Source of the DNA: Candidatus Velamenicoccus archaeovorus
GTDB lineage: Bacteria > Omnitrophota > Gorgyraeia > Velamenicoccales > Velamenicoccaceae
DNA: 32,000 bases
Reading direction: 5' to 3'
NCBI RefSeq assembly: GCF_004102945.1
Contig: NZ_CP019384.1
Span: 1,350,001-1,382,000, forward strand
Shown: positions 23,946 to 31,697 of the stretch, piece after piece
Layout: the number at the start of each line of letters is the position of its first letter
Numbering within the stretch: position 1 is the stretch's first letter
The notes under the pieces: generated by a model
Databases searched by the model: none
What the model was told of the DNA's origin: nothing
The model's input: the letters and a program-made list of their open reading frames with translations, nothing else
Made by a program: the position numbers and the translations under genes

Positions 23946-23974
23946 ATTATAGACACTTGTGGGCCGACCTGCAA
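23946..23974 (-). promoter_or_regulatory. Promoter TTGCAG-N17-TATAAT positioned for a leaderless addA mRNA
   Basis: -10 at 23951..23946 and -35 at 23974..23969 (minus-strand reading). 7 nt (aaatcaa) separate the -10 from ATG 23938, with no SD. Confidence 0.5.
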
Positions 23975-24007
23975 GCACACAGATAAAGGATATGATCCGA
24001 TTGATCC

Positions 24008-24048
24008 ACCCGCCACTACTGCGTCCGCCACCACTTCTTCGGCGGACG
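24008..24048. repeat. GC-rich hairpin repeat, second copy of the 14089..14140 element
   Basis: CCCGCCACTACTGCGTC followed by CGTCCGCC-N11-GGCGGACG (24022..24029 / 24041..24048). The loop is the approximate reverse complement (9/11) of the loop at 14122..14132. Confidence 0.5.
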
Positions 24049-24208
24049 GCCGACGACTTATATTCACTCAGCTTACGCCTTCTGCATGTCCCGTCTCGCT
24101 TAACCTAAATAAAAAAACAAAGGAAGCGCTTCGACCTCGGCGAGCCTCACCATCTCGGCGGGCGTCGCAAGACGTGTTGCGGCTTATCCGCCGCAACAAC
24201 GACCTCAT

Positions 24209-24240
24209 TAAAAAAAGGGCCCGGTATTTCTACCGGGCCC
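24209..24240 (-). terminator. Intrinsic terminator of cspA
   Basis: Perfect 10-bp stem GGGCCCGGTA/TACCGGGCCC (24217..24226, 24231..24240) with a 4-nt loop. It is followed on the minus strand by TTTTTTT. Lies 22 nt after the csp stop. Confidence 0.85.
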
Positions 24241-24261
24241 TCTGGATTTACCGAACCGACG

Positions 24262-24462
24262 CTAAGCCTTGCGAACGTTTGTGGCCTGCTCGCCCTTAGG
24301 ACCTTGCTCGATCTCGAACTCAACCTCCTGGCCTTCTTCGAGGGTCTTATATCCTTCGCCTTGAATGGCGCTGTAATGCACGAAGACATCCTTGCCAGAT
24401 TCAGGAGTGATGAATCCGTAGCCCTTCTGGTTGCTGAACCATTTTACTTTTCCTTTTGCCAT
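24262..24462 (-). CDS. cspA: Cold-shock protein (CspA family)
   Basis: 66 aa. [20 protein letters not shown] (RNP1) and DVFVHYSAI (RNP2). AAGGAGGG SD. Confidence 0.95.
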   Translation of the reverse strand: MAKGKVKWFSNQKGYGFITPESGKDVFVHYSAIQGEGYKTLEEGQEVEFEIEQGPKGEQATNVRKA

Positions 24463-24664
24463 TATCTACTACCCTCCTTTCTTACAAATTTTTTCCTGGA
24501 TCATTACGGCTCATAGATAGTAAATAACGGCAGGGAACACGGTCGTGCAAAACTGCTTTCCAACACCTTCCACTCCTTTATTTACTACTAAACCCCGTTA
24601 AAGAACTTTGTTCTCTGGCGGTCTCTTGCCGACGGCGGCTTTCTCTAACGGGGTAAACAGAAAA

Positions 24665-24693
24665 ATATTACGACGGAACATCCCCTCTGTCAA
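24665..24693 (-). promoter_or_regulatory. Near-consensus promoter TTGACA-N17-TAATAT for cspA (giving a ~195-nt 5'-UTR)
   Basis: -35 at 24693..24688 and -10 at 24670..24665 (minus-strand reading). Confidence 0.6.
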
Positions 24694-24735
24694 GAAAATC
24701 TTGTCTCGCATGCCCTTGGGGATCCGGTCGCTTTT

Positions 24736-26136
24736 TTAAAACCGGCGATCGGGGACGCCGTTATCCAAAAAGACGACCCGCCAGGCCGTATTGTCGAGCG
24801 GCAGATCCTTGGAACTTGTTTTGGCGCAAGCCAAAATACGGTCGGGGCCGCCCAAAAGGGTCAAGGGGATCTTGACGATCAGCGACTTGCCTTCGTAGGC
24901 CAGCGTCACATCTTTAGTGCGCAGCCTCCTCAGCTTGTCCCAGACCTGGACCCCCCGCATACCCACGCTGATCCGGATCTTCGGCATCTCGGCAAAATCC
25001 TCATTTTTGCGGTAACCGAAAAGATACAGAAAGATGCCGCGGTTCTTGTTGAATCTGTGCCGGAGCGTCAGGCGGACCATGAGATCCCGCCCCTTGACGC
25101 CGTAACTCAGGCTTGAGATCTCTCTCTCTTCTTCAACTGCCTCGTCCATTTCCGGATAGATACGCACATCCTGCCATTGGATCGACGAGGCATCTATGCA
25201 GGAAACGTGGATATCCGGAAGATCATCAAAAAGTTCATTTTTCCTGGCAAATGTATAGAGATAAGACGGGGCGTAGGCCAACTGGCTCCTGTAACAAGAA
25301 ATAGCCTGCCTCTTGTTCCAAACCTCCTTATCGGTCAATGCCAATTTCTGCCACTTGATGCCGACGTCTGCGAGGTTTGCCGGCGGCGAGAGTTCCAGCG
25401 ACGGACGGAATCCTCTCGGCATCGGCCAGCGCACGACGTGCACCAGATAAGTATCCACCTGCGGCGGATCGATCGTACCCTCCAGGTCCCAAAGAACTAC
25501 GCGCAAAAATAGGTTCAGGGCCCGATGGTCCCTGTTCGTATCAGCAGGGTGAGAGACAAATATCTTTGTCGGCCGGAAATCCATAATGACTTTCTTAAGG
25601 TCTTTGATCACGCTGGGACCCGCATAAGGCGCGCCGAAAGAAAAACTGTCTTTATACGGCACCGCCGTCACCCGTGTCAGCATGCTGCGCATCGGCTTGG
25701 CGGGATTCCAATACCGCATAAAGATCTCCATCGTCCCGAAATCGGGATATCCCAAAAACGTCAGGTTCTCTTCGCCGAGGCCGAGATATTTCATGGCCCG
25801 GACGGCCTCCTTGCGCCGCACCTCGCCCATGTACACAAAGGCCTTCTTGCGAAACACCAGGCGCTTCTCATAAACAACAAAGGACAACTCATTGTTATCG
25901 CCGTTGGTGAAATAAACGATCTTGAGGGGGACATGGTTCTGGAGGCAGCGTTGAATAACGCCGCTTGTTGCGATGGCCTCATCGTCCGGATGGGGCGCCA
26001 GGATCAAAACCCTGTCTACGGGCAAAAATGGGGGGAGGGCTTCCTCGGATGAGGCGCCGGCGGCCATGGGCGCCGCCGGAAGACACGTCCACAGGTAAAC
26101 GAAAAAAACCAGGAATGCCTTGCGAAAAAGAATCAT
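24736..26136 (-). CDS. Secreted PIG-L/LmbE-family deacetylase with an extra ~170-aa C-terminal domain
   Basis: 466 aa. Signal peptide MILFRKAFLVFFVYLWTCLPAAPMAAG, then LILAPHPDDEAIATSG and HPADTNRDH motifs. The C-terminal half is unrecognised. ATGA overlap with the GT39 gene. Confidence 0.85.
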   Translation of the reverse strand: MILFRKAFLVFFVYLWTCLPAAPMAAGASSEEALPPFLPVDRVLILAPHPDDEAIATSGVIQRCLQNHVPLKIVYFTNGDNNELSFVVYEKRLVFRKKAFVYMGEVRRKEAVRAMKYLGLGEENLTFLGYPDFGTMEIFMRYWNPAKPMRSMLTRVTAVPYKDSFSFGAPYAGPSVIKDLKKVIMDFRPTKIFVSHPADTNRDHRALNLFLRVVLWDLEGTIDPPQVDTYLVHVVRWPMPRGFRPSLELSPPANLADVGIKWQKLALTDKEVWNKRQAISCYRSQLAYAPSYLYTFARKNELFDDLPDIHVSCIDASSIQWQDVRIYPEMDEAVEEEREISSLSYGVKGRDLMVRLTLRHRFNKNRGIFLYLFGYRKNEDFAEMPKIRISVGMRGVQVWDKLRRLRTKDVTLAYEGKSLIVKIPLTLLGGPDRILACAKTSSKDLPLDNTAWRVVFLDNGVPDRRF

Positions 26137-27812
26137 ATCTTCCCTGCCCCTTGTCCCTTCGGCTGAATCCGGACGATATGTTCGTCGCCGGCCACGTAGA
26201 GAACGTCATGACGGTATTCATCGCCCATGAGGCGGCCAAGGCCGTTCACATAGTCCTTGCGCAAAACCGCGTAAGTCTCAGGCCTTTTTTTGAGATAATC
26301 CCGCAAGGCCTCGATGGTGTTGAGATATTCCACCGGATGGGGGCTGAAATATCCATCGCCGTTGATATCGATGACGGCGATCTGCCTGTCCGTATAGAAC
26401 CGTATGCCGCGCGCAAAGAACTTCGAGCAAAGGACAGGCGCGCCCGGATCGGCCTTCTCTCTCAGATAGCGGCCTGCCTCCCTCGAAGAGACATAAGACT
26501 CAAAATGCGGACTCATGGAAAGGGCAAAAACCAATAAAAGAGGCAGGAAGGCCGCGGTCATCCAGAAACTCCACGAAAAACGCCGACGGGCGCTTGAGAT
26601 TATGTAGACAACCAGGTAAGCCGCCAGGATGCCGGCGAAAATAAGGACGGGCGTACGGTCGGTGACATATTGCGGAAACCTGGACGATGCCACAACCATG
26701 CCCACGGGAAATGCAAGACAGAAAATGCCAGTCGCAAGATACAGGGCTTTCGGGCCGCGCGCCGGCACCTCCTTGAGGAGACGCACGCAGTGCGTCTCCT
26801 CAAGGAAACATCCCGTCATCAAAGCCAGGGCCGGAAAATAAGGAAAGACATAGCTCGTCAGTTTGGAATGCGCAACCTGGAAGATAACGAAGACCACAGC
26901 GACCCAGCTCAAAAGGAACCAGAAGAACGGCGGCGCCTGGCGCAGCTTTTTGACAAATCCGGCAAACGCTGCGACAAAAAAAAGGCTCCAGGGAAACATG
27001 CTGCCGACAGTCGAAAGAGGATAATAATACCATCTGTCGGCCGCCGGATGTTCGGCTTCGACCAGGCGCCGCCAGTGATCGTTGTAAAAAAATTCATGGA
27101 CAAAGACATTGCCATAGGTCTTGAGCATAAAGACATACCATGGCAGCGCCAACAGGCAAAAGAGCGCCAACCCCAGCGGGAATCCACCGCCGGCAACCAG
27201 GCGGAATTCCCTGCGCAAAATCAGGAACAGCAAGACGGCCGACAAAGGAATGATAAGACCCAGCGGGCCCTTGGTAAGGACCGCCAAAGCGGAAAACGCA
27301 AAAAACAGGACCCACCCTATCTGCCGCCTCTTTTCGACCGCATATCCCCACCAAAACGCCAAAAGAGACAAGAGAATAAAGACCGTAAAAATCAAATCCG
27401 TAAAAACCGTGCGGGAAAGCCCGACGTAGAGGCCGCAGGACATAAGGACGACGGCCGACACGAAGGCCTTGCGCCCATCACGGAAACCTAACCATCCAAG
27501 ATAATAAAGTGCGACGACGCCGGCGATGCCGAAAAACGCGGGGAAAAACCTCGCAGCAAAAGGGGTCGCTCCGGCAACGTCAAAGCTCAGACGCAGGAGC
27601 CAGAAGGTCATGATGGGTTTTTCAAACTGGGGCGAGCCGAAAAGATACGGCGTCATCCAGCTGTGCTGCTGCTGCATTTCCCTGGCGGTCTGGGCATAAA
27701 AAACTTCGTCGGGATTGGTAAGGCTCAATAGCCCGTTGCCTGCCATCAAAAAAACAAACCCTAAAACCAAAAGAATCGAGACAAATTTAATGTTTACCGG
27801 AATTTTGGGCAT
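26133..27812 (-). CDS. Glycosyltransferase family 39/83 (ArnT/PMT-like) polytopic membrane protein
   Basis: 559 aa with >=10 hydrophobic helices. First-loop motif NPDEVFYAQTAREM is typical of ArnT/PMT-type lipid-linked-sugar transferases. Confidence 0.9.
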   Translation of the reverse strand: MPKIPVNIKFVSILLVLGFVFLMAGNGLLSLTNPDEVFYAQTAREMQQQHSWMTPYLFGSPQFEKPIMTFWLLRLSFDVAGATPFAARFFPAFFGIAGVVALYYLGWLGFRDGRKAFVSAVVLMSCGLYVGLSRTVFTDLIFTVFILLSLLAFWWGYAVEKRRQIGWVLFFAFSALAVLTKGPLGLIIPLSAVLLFLILRREFRLVAGGGFPLGLALFCLLALPWYVFMLKTYGNVFVHEFFYNDHWRRLVEAEHPAADRWYYYPLSTVGSMFPWSLFFVAAFAGFVKKLRQAPPFFWFLLSWVAVVFVIFQVAHSKLTSYVFPYFPALALMTGCFLEETHCVRLLKEVPARGPKALYLATGIFCLAFPVGMVVASSRFPQYVTDRTPVLIFAGILAAYLVVYIISSARRRFSWSFWMTAAFLPLLLVFALSMSPHFESYVSSREAGRYLREKADPGAPVLCSKFFARGIRFYTDRQIAVIDINGDGYFSPHPVEYLNTIEALRDYLKKRPETYAVLRKDYVNGLGRLMGDEYRHDVLYVAGDEHIVRIQPKGQGAGKI

Positions 27813-28542
27813 CGTTTAACCTCATCTTCACCAGCTCATCGACCGTGACGAACCTCCACCCCTTCTCCTTGAGACGTTCGATCAGCCTCATGACCGCCAG
27901 GACCGTCTCGTCCCTGTCTCCCCCCTCGATGCTAAAAACCCCGCCGCTGTCGTGAAACAGGATGATATCTCCCGGCCGCACGTGATGCATCAAATACTTG
28001 ATCATATATTTATCGTCAAACGTCACCCAATCCTTGGAATTCAAGGACCAAAGGATGATCTCATAGCCCATGGATCTCACGAGGCGCTTTTCAGACGGCG
28101 TCATCCATGCTTTCGGCGGCCGGAAATACTGCGTCCGCACGCCCGTCACCTCCTTAATGATATCTTCTGTGCGGCGGATCTCGCTCTCCAGCTCTTGAGG
28201 GTGATAATACAGAAGGACATGGTGATCGTAGGTATGGTTGCCGATCGTGTGCCCCTCACGGGCCACGCGCCTGGCGACATCGGGATACTTTTTGACGTGC
28301 TCACCCAGCATGAAAAACGTCGCCTTGACGCCGGCATCCTTGAGCACGTCAAGGATCCGGGGGGTCCACAGGGGAGACGGACCATCGTCAAACGTCAGGG
28401 CGACGACCTTTTCTTTGACCCGCTCATGATAGATCGTCCCCTTGCGCACAAGGACGGCCTGGTCAAAGAAAACAACAAAAACCGCCGTCGCCAAAGCGGC
28501 CAGAAATATAAGAACAATCCCTATCCTGATGATGCGTCTCAT
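27787..28542 (-). CDS. Membrane-anchored polysaccharide deacetylase (NodB homology domain)
   Basis: 251 aa. N-terminal TM segment. NodB motifs ALTFDDGPS, GNHTYDH, YFRPP and ILFHD. GGAGAAG SD. Confidence 0.9.
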   Translation of the reverse strand: MRRIIRIGIVLIFLAALATAVFVVFFDQAVLVRKGTIYHERVKEKVVALTFDDGPSPLWTPRILDVLKDAGVKATFFMLGEHVKKYPDVARRVAREGHTIGNHTYDHHVLLYYHPQELESEIRRTEDIIKEVTGVRTQYFRPPKAWMTPSEKRLVRSMGYEIILWSLNSKDWVTFDDKYMIKYLMHHVRPGDIILFHDSGGVFSIEGGDRDETVLAVMRLIERLKEKGWRFVTVDELVKMRLNDAQNSGKH

Positions 28543-28576
28543 AGTCGCTTCTCCGCGTCCATCCGGTTAAAATTCA

Positions 28577-28661
28577 GTGGAATCCTCCGGGCCTGCCATG
28601 AACAGGACGAATCCAGAGGTTCTCTCCCAAGACAGCACGCATTCCCTGCCGAGGGATTGAA
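28577..28661 (-). promoter_or_regulatory. Unassigned conserved bipartite 5'-leader element, copy 2 (85 nt)
   Basis: Same two blocks as 15397..15537, with only 21 nt between them. Extended -10 TGGTAAAGT (28673..28665) ends 3 nt upstream. The element ends 34 nt before ATG 28542. Confidence 0.5.
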
Positions 28662-28714
28662 GATACTTTACCAAAAGCCGTCCTGCCGTACAACCAAATT
28701 TTTCCGGCCCCTTC

Positions 28715-28742
28715 TTTACATTCGGCCCCGATTTGCTAAAAT
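28715..28742 (+). promoter_or_regulatory. Sigma70-type promoter TTTACA-N16-TAAAAT for the second thi4
   Basis: -35 at 28715..28720 and -10 at 28737..28742. The ~68-nt leader has only a simple GCGCC/GGCGC hairpin and no THI-box. Confidence 0.5.
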
Positions 28743-28817
28743 GCAAACATGCGCCGCGGGCTTTCTGGAGACCTGGCGCCCCATGACATCATCATCCGTC
28801 TGAAGAAAGGAAAAAGC

Positions 28818-29588
28818 ATGATCGACGAAATCAAGATTTCCAGGGCCATCATCGACACTTACAGCAAAAAACTGATCGACCACCTTTCCGTAGATGTGGC
28901 GATTGCCGGCGCCGGCCCCTCCGGCATGGTCTGCGCTTACTATCTCGCCAAAAAAGGCAAAAAAGTCGCCATCTTCGAACGTAAGCTATCCGTCGGTGGA
29001 GGCATGTGGGGCGGCGGCATCATGTTCAACGAGATCGTCGTCCAGGCACAGGCCAAAAAGATCCTCGATGAATTCGGCATCCGCAGCCGCCTCTGGGAGA
29101 ACGGCTACTATCTGGCGGATTCCATCGAAGCCACGGCGACGCTGTGCGCGCAGGCCCTCAAAGCCGGCGCGGCCATCTTCAATTGCATGAGCGCCGAAGA
29201 TGTCATGATCAGGAAAAACCGCGTCTGCGGACTTGTCCTCAACTGGACGGCCGTCGAAATGGCGCGGCTCCACGTAGACCCCATCACGATGCGCGCCTCC
29301 TATGTCGTCGACGGCACAGGCCACGACGCGCAAATCGTCCATATCGTCGAAAATAAATCCGGGATACGCCTCAAGACAAAAACCGGAAGGGCCGCCGGCG
29401 AAGGCTCCATGTGGGCCGAGATCGCCGAGGCGACAACCGTCAAAAATACCGGCGAAGTGGCTCCGGGCCTCTATGTCTGCGGCATGTGCGCCAACGCCGC
29501 TTTCGGCGGACCCCGCATGGGCCCCATCTTCGGAGGCATGCTTCTGTCGGGAAAAAAAGCTGCAGAAGAACTCCTCAAGAAACTCTAG
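28818..29588 (+). CDS. thi4: Thiazole synthase Thi4 family, His-type active site (LHVDP; sulfide-dependent archaeal type)
   Basis: ORF 28749..29588. Start moved to ATG 28818 ([21 protein letters not shown]). [33 protein letters not shown]...[13 protein letters not shown]. His152 codon CAC at 29271..29273. Confidence 0.9.
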   Translation: MIDEIKISRAIIDTYSKKLIDHLSVDVAIAGAGPSGMVCAYYLAKKGKKVAIFERKLSVGGGMWGGGIMFNEIVVQAQAKKILDEFGIRSRLWENGYYLADSIEATATLCAQALKAGAAIFNCMSAEDVMIRKNRVCGLVLNWTAVEMARLHVDPITMRASYVVDGTGHDAQIVHIVENKSGIRLKTKTGRAAGEGSMWAEIAEATTVKNTGEVAPGLYVCGMCANAAFGGPRMGPIFGGMLLSGKKAAEELLKKL

Positions 29589-29598
29589 AAACGAAAAC

Positions 29599-29631
29599 GC
29601 CCCGCCGGATATCCTTTTCATCCGGCGGGGC
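29599..29631. terminator. Strong hairpin between convergent genes; T-tract only on the minus-strand side
   Basis: 12-bp stem GCCCCGCCGGAT/ATCCGGCGGGGC (29599..29610, 29620..29631). The minus-strand reading is followed by GTTTTCGTTTC. The plus-strand side lacks a U-tract. Confidence 0.7.
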
Positions 29632-29663
29632 GCCGCAGCCCTCCTCTTCCAAAACCTCTCTTC

Positions 29664-29957
29664 TCACATCGTCATCGGACCGCGGACAATACCGTCATAT
29701 TCAACAGTCTTCTGTTGTTCCTCCTCTTGTTCTGGACTTTGCGCGGCCTCTGGAACTTCCTGCCCTTGGGCCGGCGCCGAACCAACAGCCGGAACCTCAT
29801 GTGCCGGAATGTTTGCAGGGGCATCGGCCGGCGACGCTACAACCGGGGAATATCCCGTCTTTTTTTCCATCCAGAAGGCGATAAGCGCCAAGGCCAGGAC
29901 GACCACCGCCAAAACACATCCTGCTATCAACAATAAATTGAAAGACGTTCTTTTCAT
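29664..29957 (-). CDS. Small single-pass membrane protein with a Pro/Ala/Gln/Glu-rich tail
   Basis: 97 aa. MKRTSFNLLLIAGCVLAVVVLALALIAFW anchor, then low-complexity PADAPANIPAHEVPAVGSAPAQGQEVPEAAQSPEQEEEQQ. The start is 1 nt after the stop of the PilX-like gene. Confidence 0.6.
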   Translation of the reverse strand: MKRTSFNLLLIAGCVLAVVVLALALIAFWMEKKTGYSPVVASPADAPANIPAHEVPAVGSAPAQGQEVPEAAQSPEQEEEQQKTVEYDGIVRGPMTM

Positions 29958-29958
29958 G

Positions 29959-31689
29959 TCAGACCCCTTCTCCTTCCCAGATCAATCTGTCATCCATATG
30001 CTGATCGTCCTGGGCCGTAAAACCAGACAGATAAGGAAAATACGGCGGCGTCTTGCCGTTCAGGACGCGCGGATCATAAACAAAATTGCGGCCGTACCCG
30101 TGGATGGGCGTCGTCCCGGAGAACTGGCCGAACGCGCCGTAAAAATCCGTGATGACGCCGCCCAAAAGCGTGGCCGTGCCGCGCGGCGCGCCCGAGTCGT
30201 AACTATCCACCGTAAATTCCCCGTGAGGCGCCATGATGATGCCGTGGATCTCGACGTTGTTCGGCGCGCTCGTCCCGATGCGCACATCGCCTCCCCAGGC
30301 AATGATGCCCAGCATGTTGTCGGCAGCCGTGCCCGTGTCCGGATTGATCCCGCTCAAAGGACTGGCCGTATATTTCTCATAGCGTACATTGTTGGAAACA
30401 ACAATATCCCGTTCGGCCGACACCGTCACGGAAGAATCTTTTTGCACGGTCCCTGAAAATGACGTGATATCGTCCAAGGAATAAATCAATGTCCCTTCGT
30501 TGCCGACGCCGTCCGGCAGGCCCGTATACGTCGACGTGCTGCCGCCGACGGTCTGCACCGTGGTCTGGTTAGCCGTGCGGTTGACCGTGATATTTTTCGT
30601 CGTCGACCCCTGCGTGATGGTATAGACGGCGTTATCGCTTGCGTCGACGCTCATCGTCACTCCGGCATCCCCCTTGATCAGGATGCCCCCGGTGAGGGCG
30701 CCGTCGCTTTCCGGCACATAGATCCCGTCGGAACCTGGATTGGACATCGTTCCCAGGGCCTGGGTTTTGAGATCGTTCTGCGTCACGGTAGAAGGAAGAT
30801 TGATCAAACTGTAGCCGCGCGTAAACCCCACATCAAAGATAGGCACGTCCTTCGTGCCATTGGCATCCGCATCCAGCAGGATGGACGCCCCTTCGTTGTA
30901 AAACCTGGCCTTGGTTTCATGCTGAGTGACTTCATCCGAGAAATGCCCCGACGGATTATTGGCAAAACTGAAACGTTCGTTCGTCGAGACAGGCCCTGTA
31001 AAATTGGTGTTCTCCGTAAACCAGACGGTCGTGCCCGAAGGCGTGGTGTGGTGGCTTGTGAATAATGCAAATTTGGCAAAGTTGGCCCGAAGGACCGTCA
31101 AGGTAAACTGTCCCTGCCATAAGCGGATGGTTTTTAGCACAGGGGGATTCACGGCCGAAACGGACCCTTGGGAGCTGATCGTATAAAGATAAGGGAAAAT
31201 AAATATATCCTGGGCAGGATTCGTAGGCGCGCCGTTGGACGACACCATGAGCGTCGAGGTATAGTTACCGCTGATCCCCGTGTTAAGATCAGGCGCGGTC
31301 AACGTCAATGTCGCGGTATCGCCGGATACGGAGAATTGCGGCTGCCCCGTCGCGTAGGCAAAATCCTGCAAGAAACCCAAGGAATTATTCCCTGTCACAT
31401 ATGTCGAAAAGGTGGAGGACGTCCAATGCTGGGTATCGTCTTCCACCCTCCCTTTCAAATCCACGCGGATACGCTTTTTAAGCTCTGCCCGTGCCTGCGC
31501 AGCCCCTCCCTCAGCCAAGGCCAGGGATTGCATCGCATATTTCTGGATATCCACCGACGTCTTCTGGGTCAGCGCGCTTGAAAAAAATATGCTCGCCAGG
31601 ACCAAAAGCACGGCCACCCCCATCAGGACAGCGGCCAGCGCAACTCCTTTTTCATTCTTGTATTTTCCCATAATCTTTCCCTCTTTCAT
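29959..31689 (-). CDS. Large PilX-N-terminal-domain protein (type IV pilus / pseudopilus-associated, putative tip or adhesin)
   Basis: 576 aa. N-terminus KGVALAAVLMGVAVLLVLASIFFSSALTQ...ALAEGGAAQARAEL resembles PilX_N (from memory). The remainder is Thr/Ser/Gly/Asn-rich and beta-like. Alternative start at Met7. Confidence 0.7.
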   Translation of the reverse strand: MKEGKIMGKYKNEKGVALAAVLMGVAVLLVLASIFFSSALTQKTSVDIQKYAMQSLALAEGGAAQARAELKKRIRVDLKGRVEDDTQHWTSSTFSTYVTGNNSLGFLQDFAYATGQPQFSVSGDTATLTLTAPDLNTGISGNYTSTLMVSSNGAPTNPAQDIFIFPYLYTISSQGSVSAVNPPVLKTIRLWQGQFTLTVLRANFAKFALFTSHHTTPSGTTVWFTENTNFTGPVSTNERFSFANNPSGHFSDEVTQHETKARFYNEGASILLDADANGTKDVPIFDVGFTRGYSLINLPSTVTQNDLKTQALGTMSNPGSDGIYVPESDGALTGGILIKGDAGVTMSVDASDNAVYTITQGSTTKNITVNRTANQTTVQTVGGSTSTYTGLPDGVGNEGTLIYSLDDITSFSGTVQKDSSVTVSAERDIVVSNNVRYEKYTASPLSGINPDTGTAADNMLGIIAWGGDVRIGTSAPNNVEIHGIIMAPHGEFTVDSYDSGAPRGTATLLGGVITDFYGAFGQFSGTTPIHGYGRNFVYDPRVLNGKTPPYFPYLSGFTAQDDQHMDDRLIWEGEGV

Positions 31690-31697
31690 CTTTCCTT

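Noticed and set aside
28749-28817. N-terminal extension of the second thi4 ORF ([23 protein letters not shown])
   Set aside because: The extension starts inside the predicted promoter/+1 region and has no SD. ATG 28818 has an AAAGGA SD and aligns with the start of the first paralog's conserved region.
28986-30456. 211-aa minus-strand and 384-aa plus-strand ORFs
   Set aside because: They are antisense to thi4 and to the small-protein and PilX-like genes respectively. They are Arg/Ala/Gly-rich with no motifs. Shadow ORFs.
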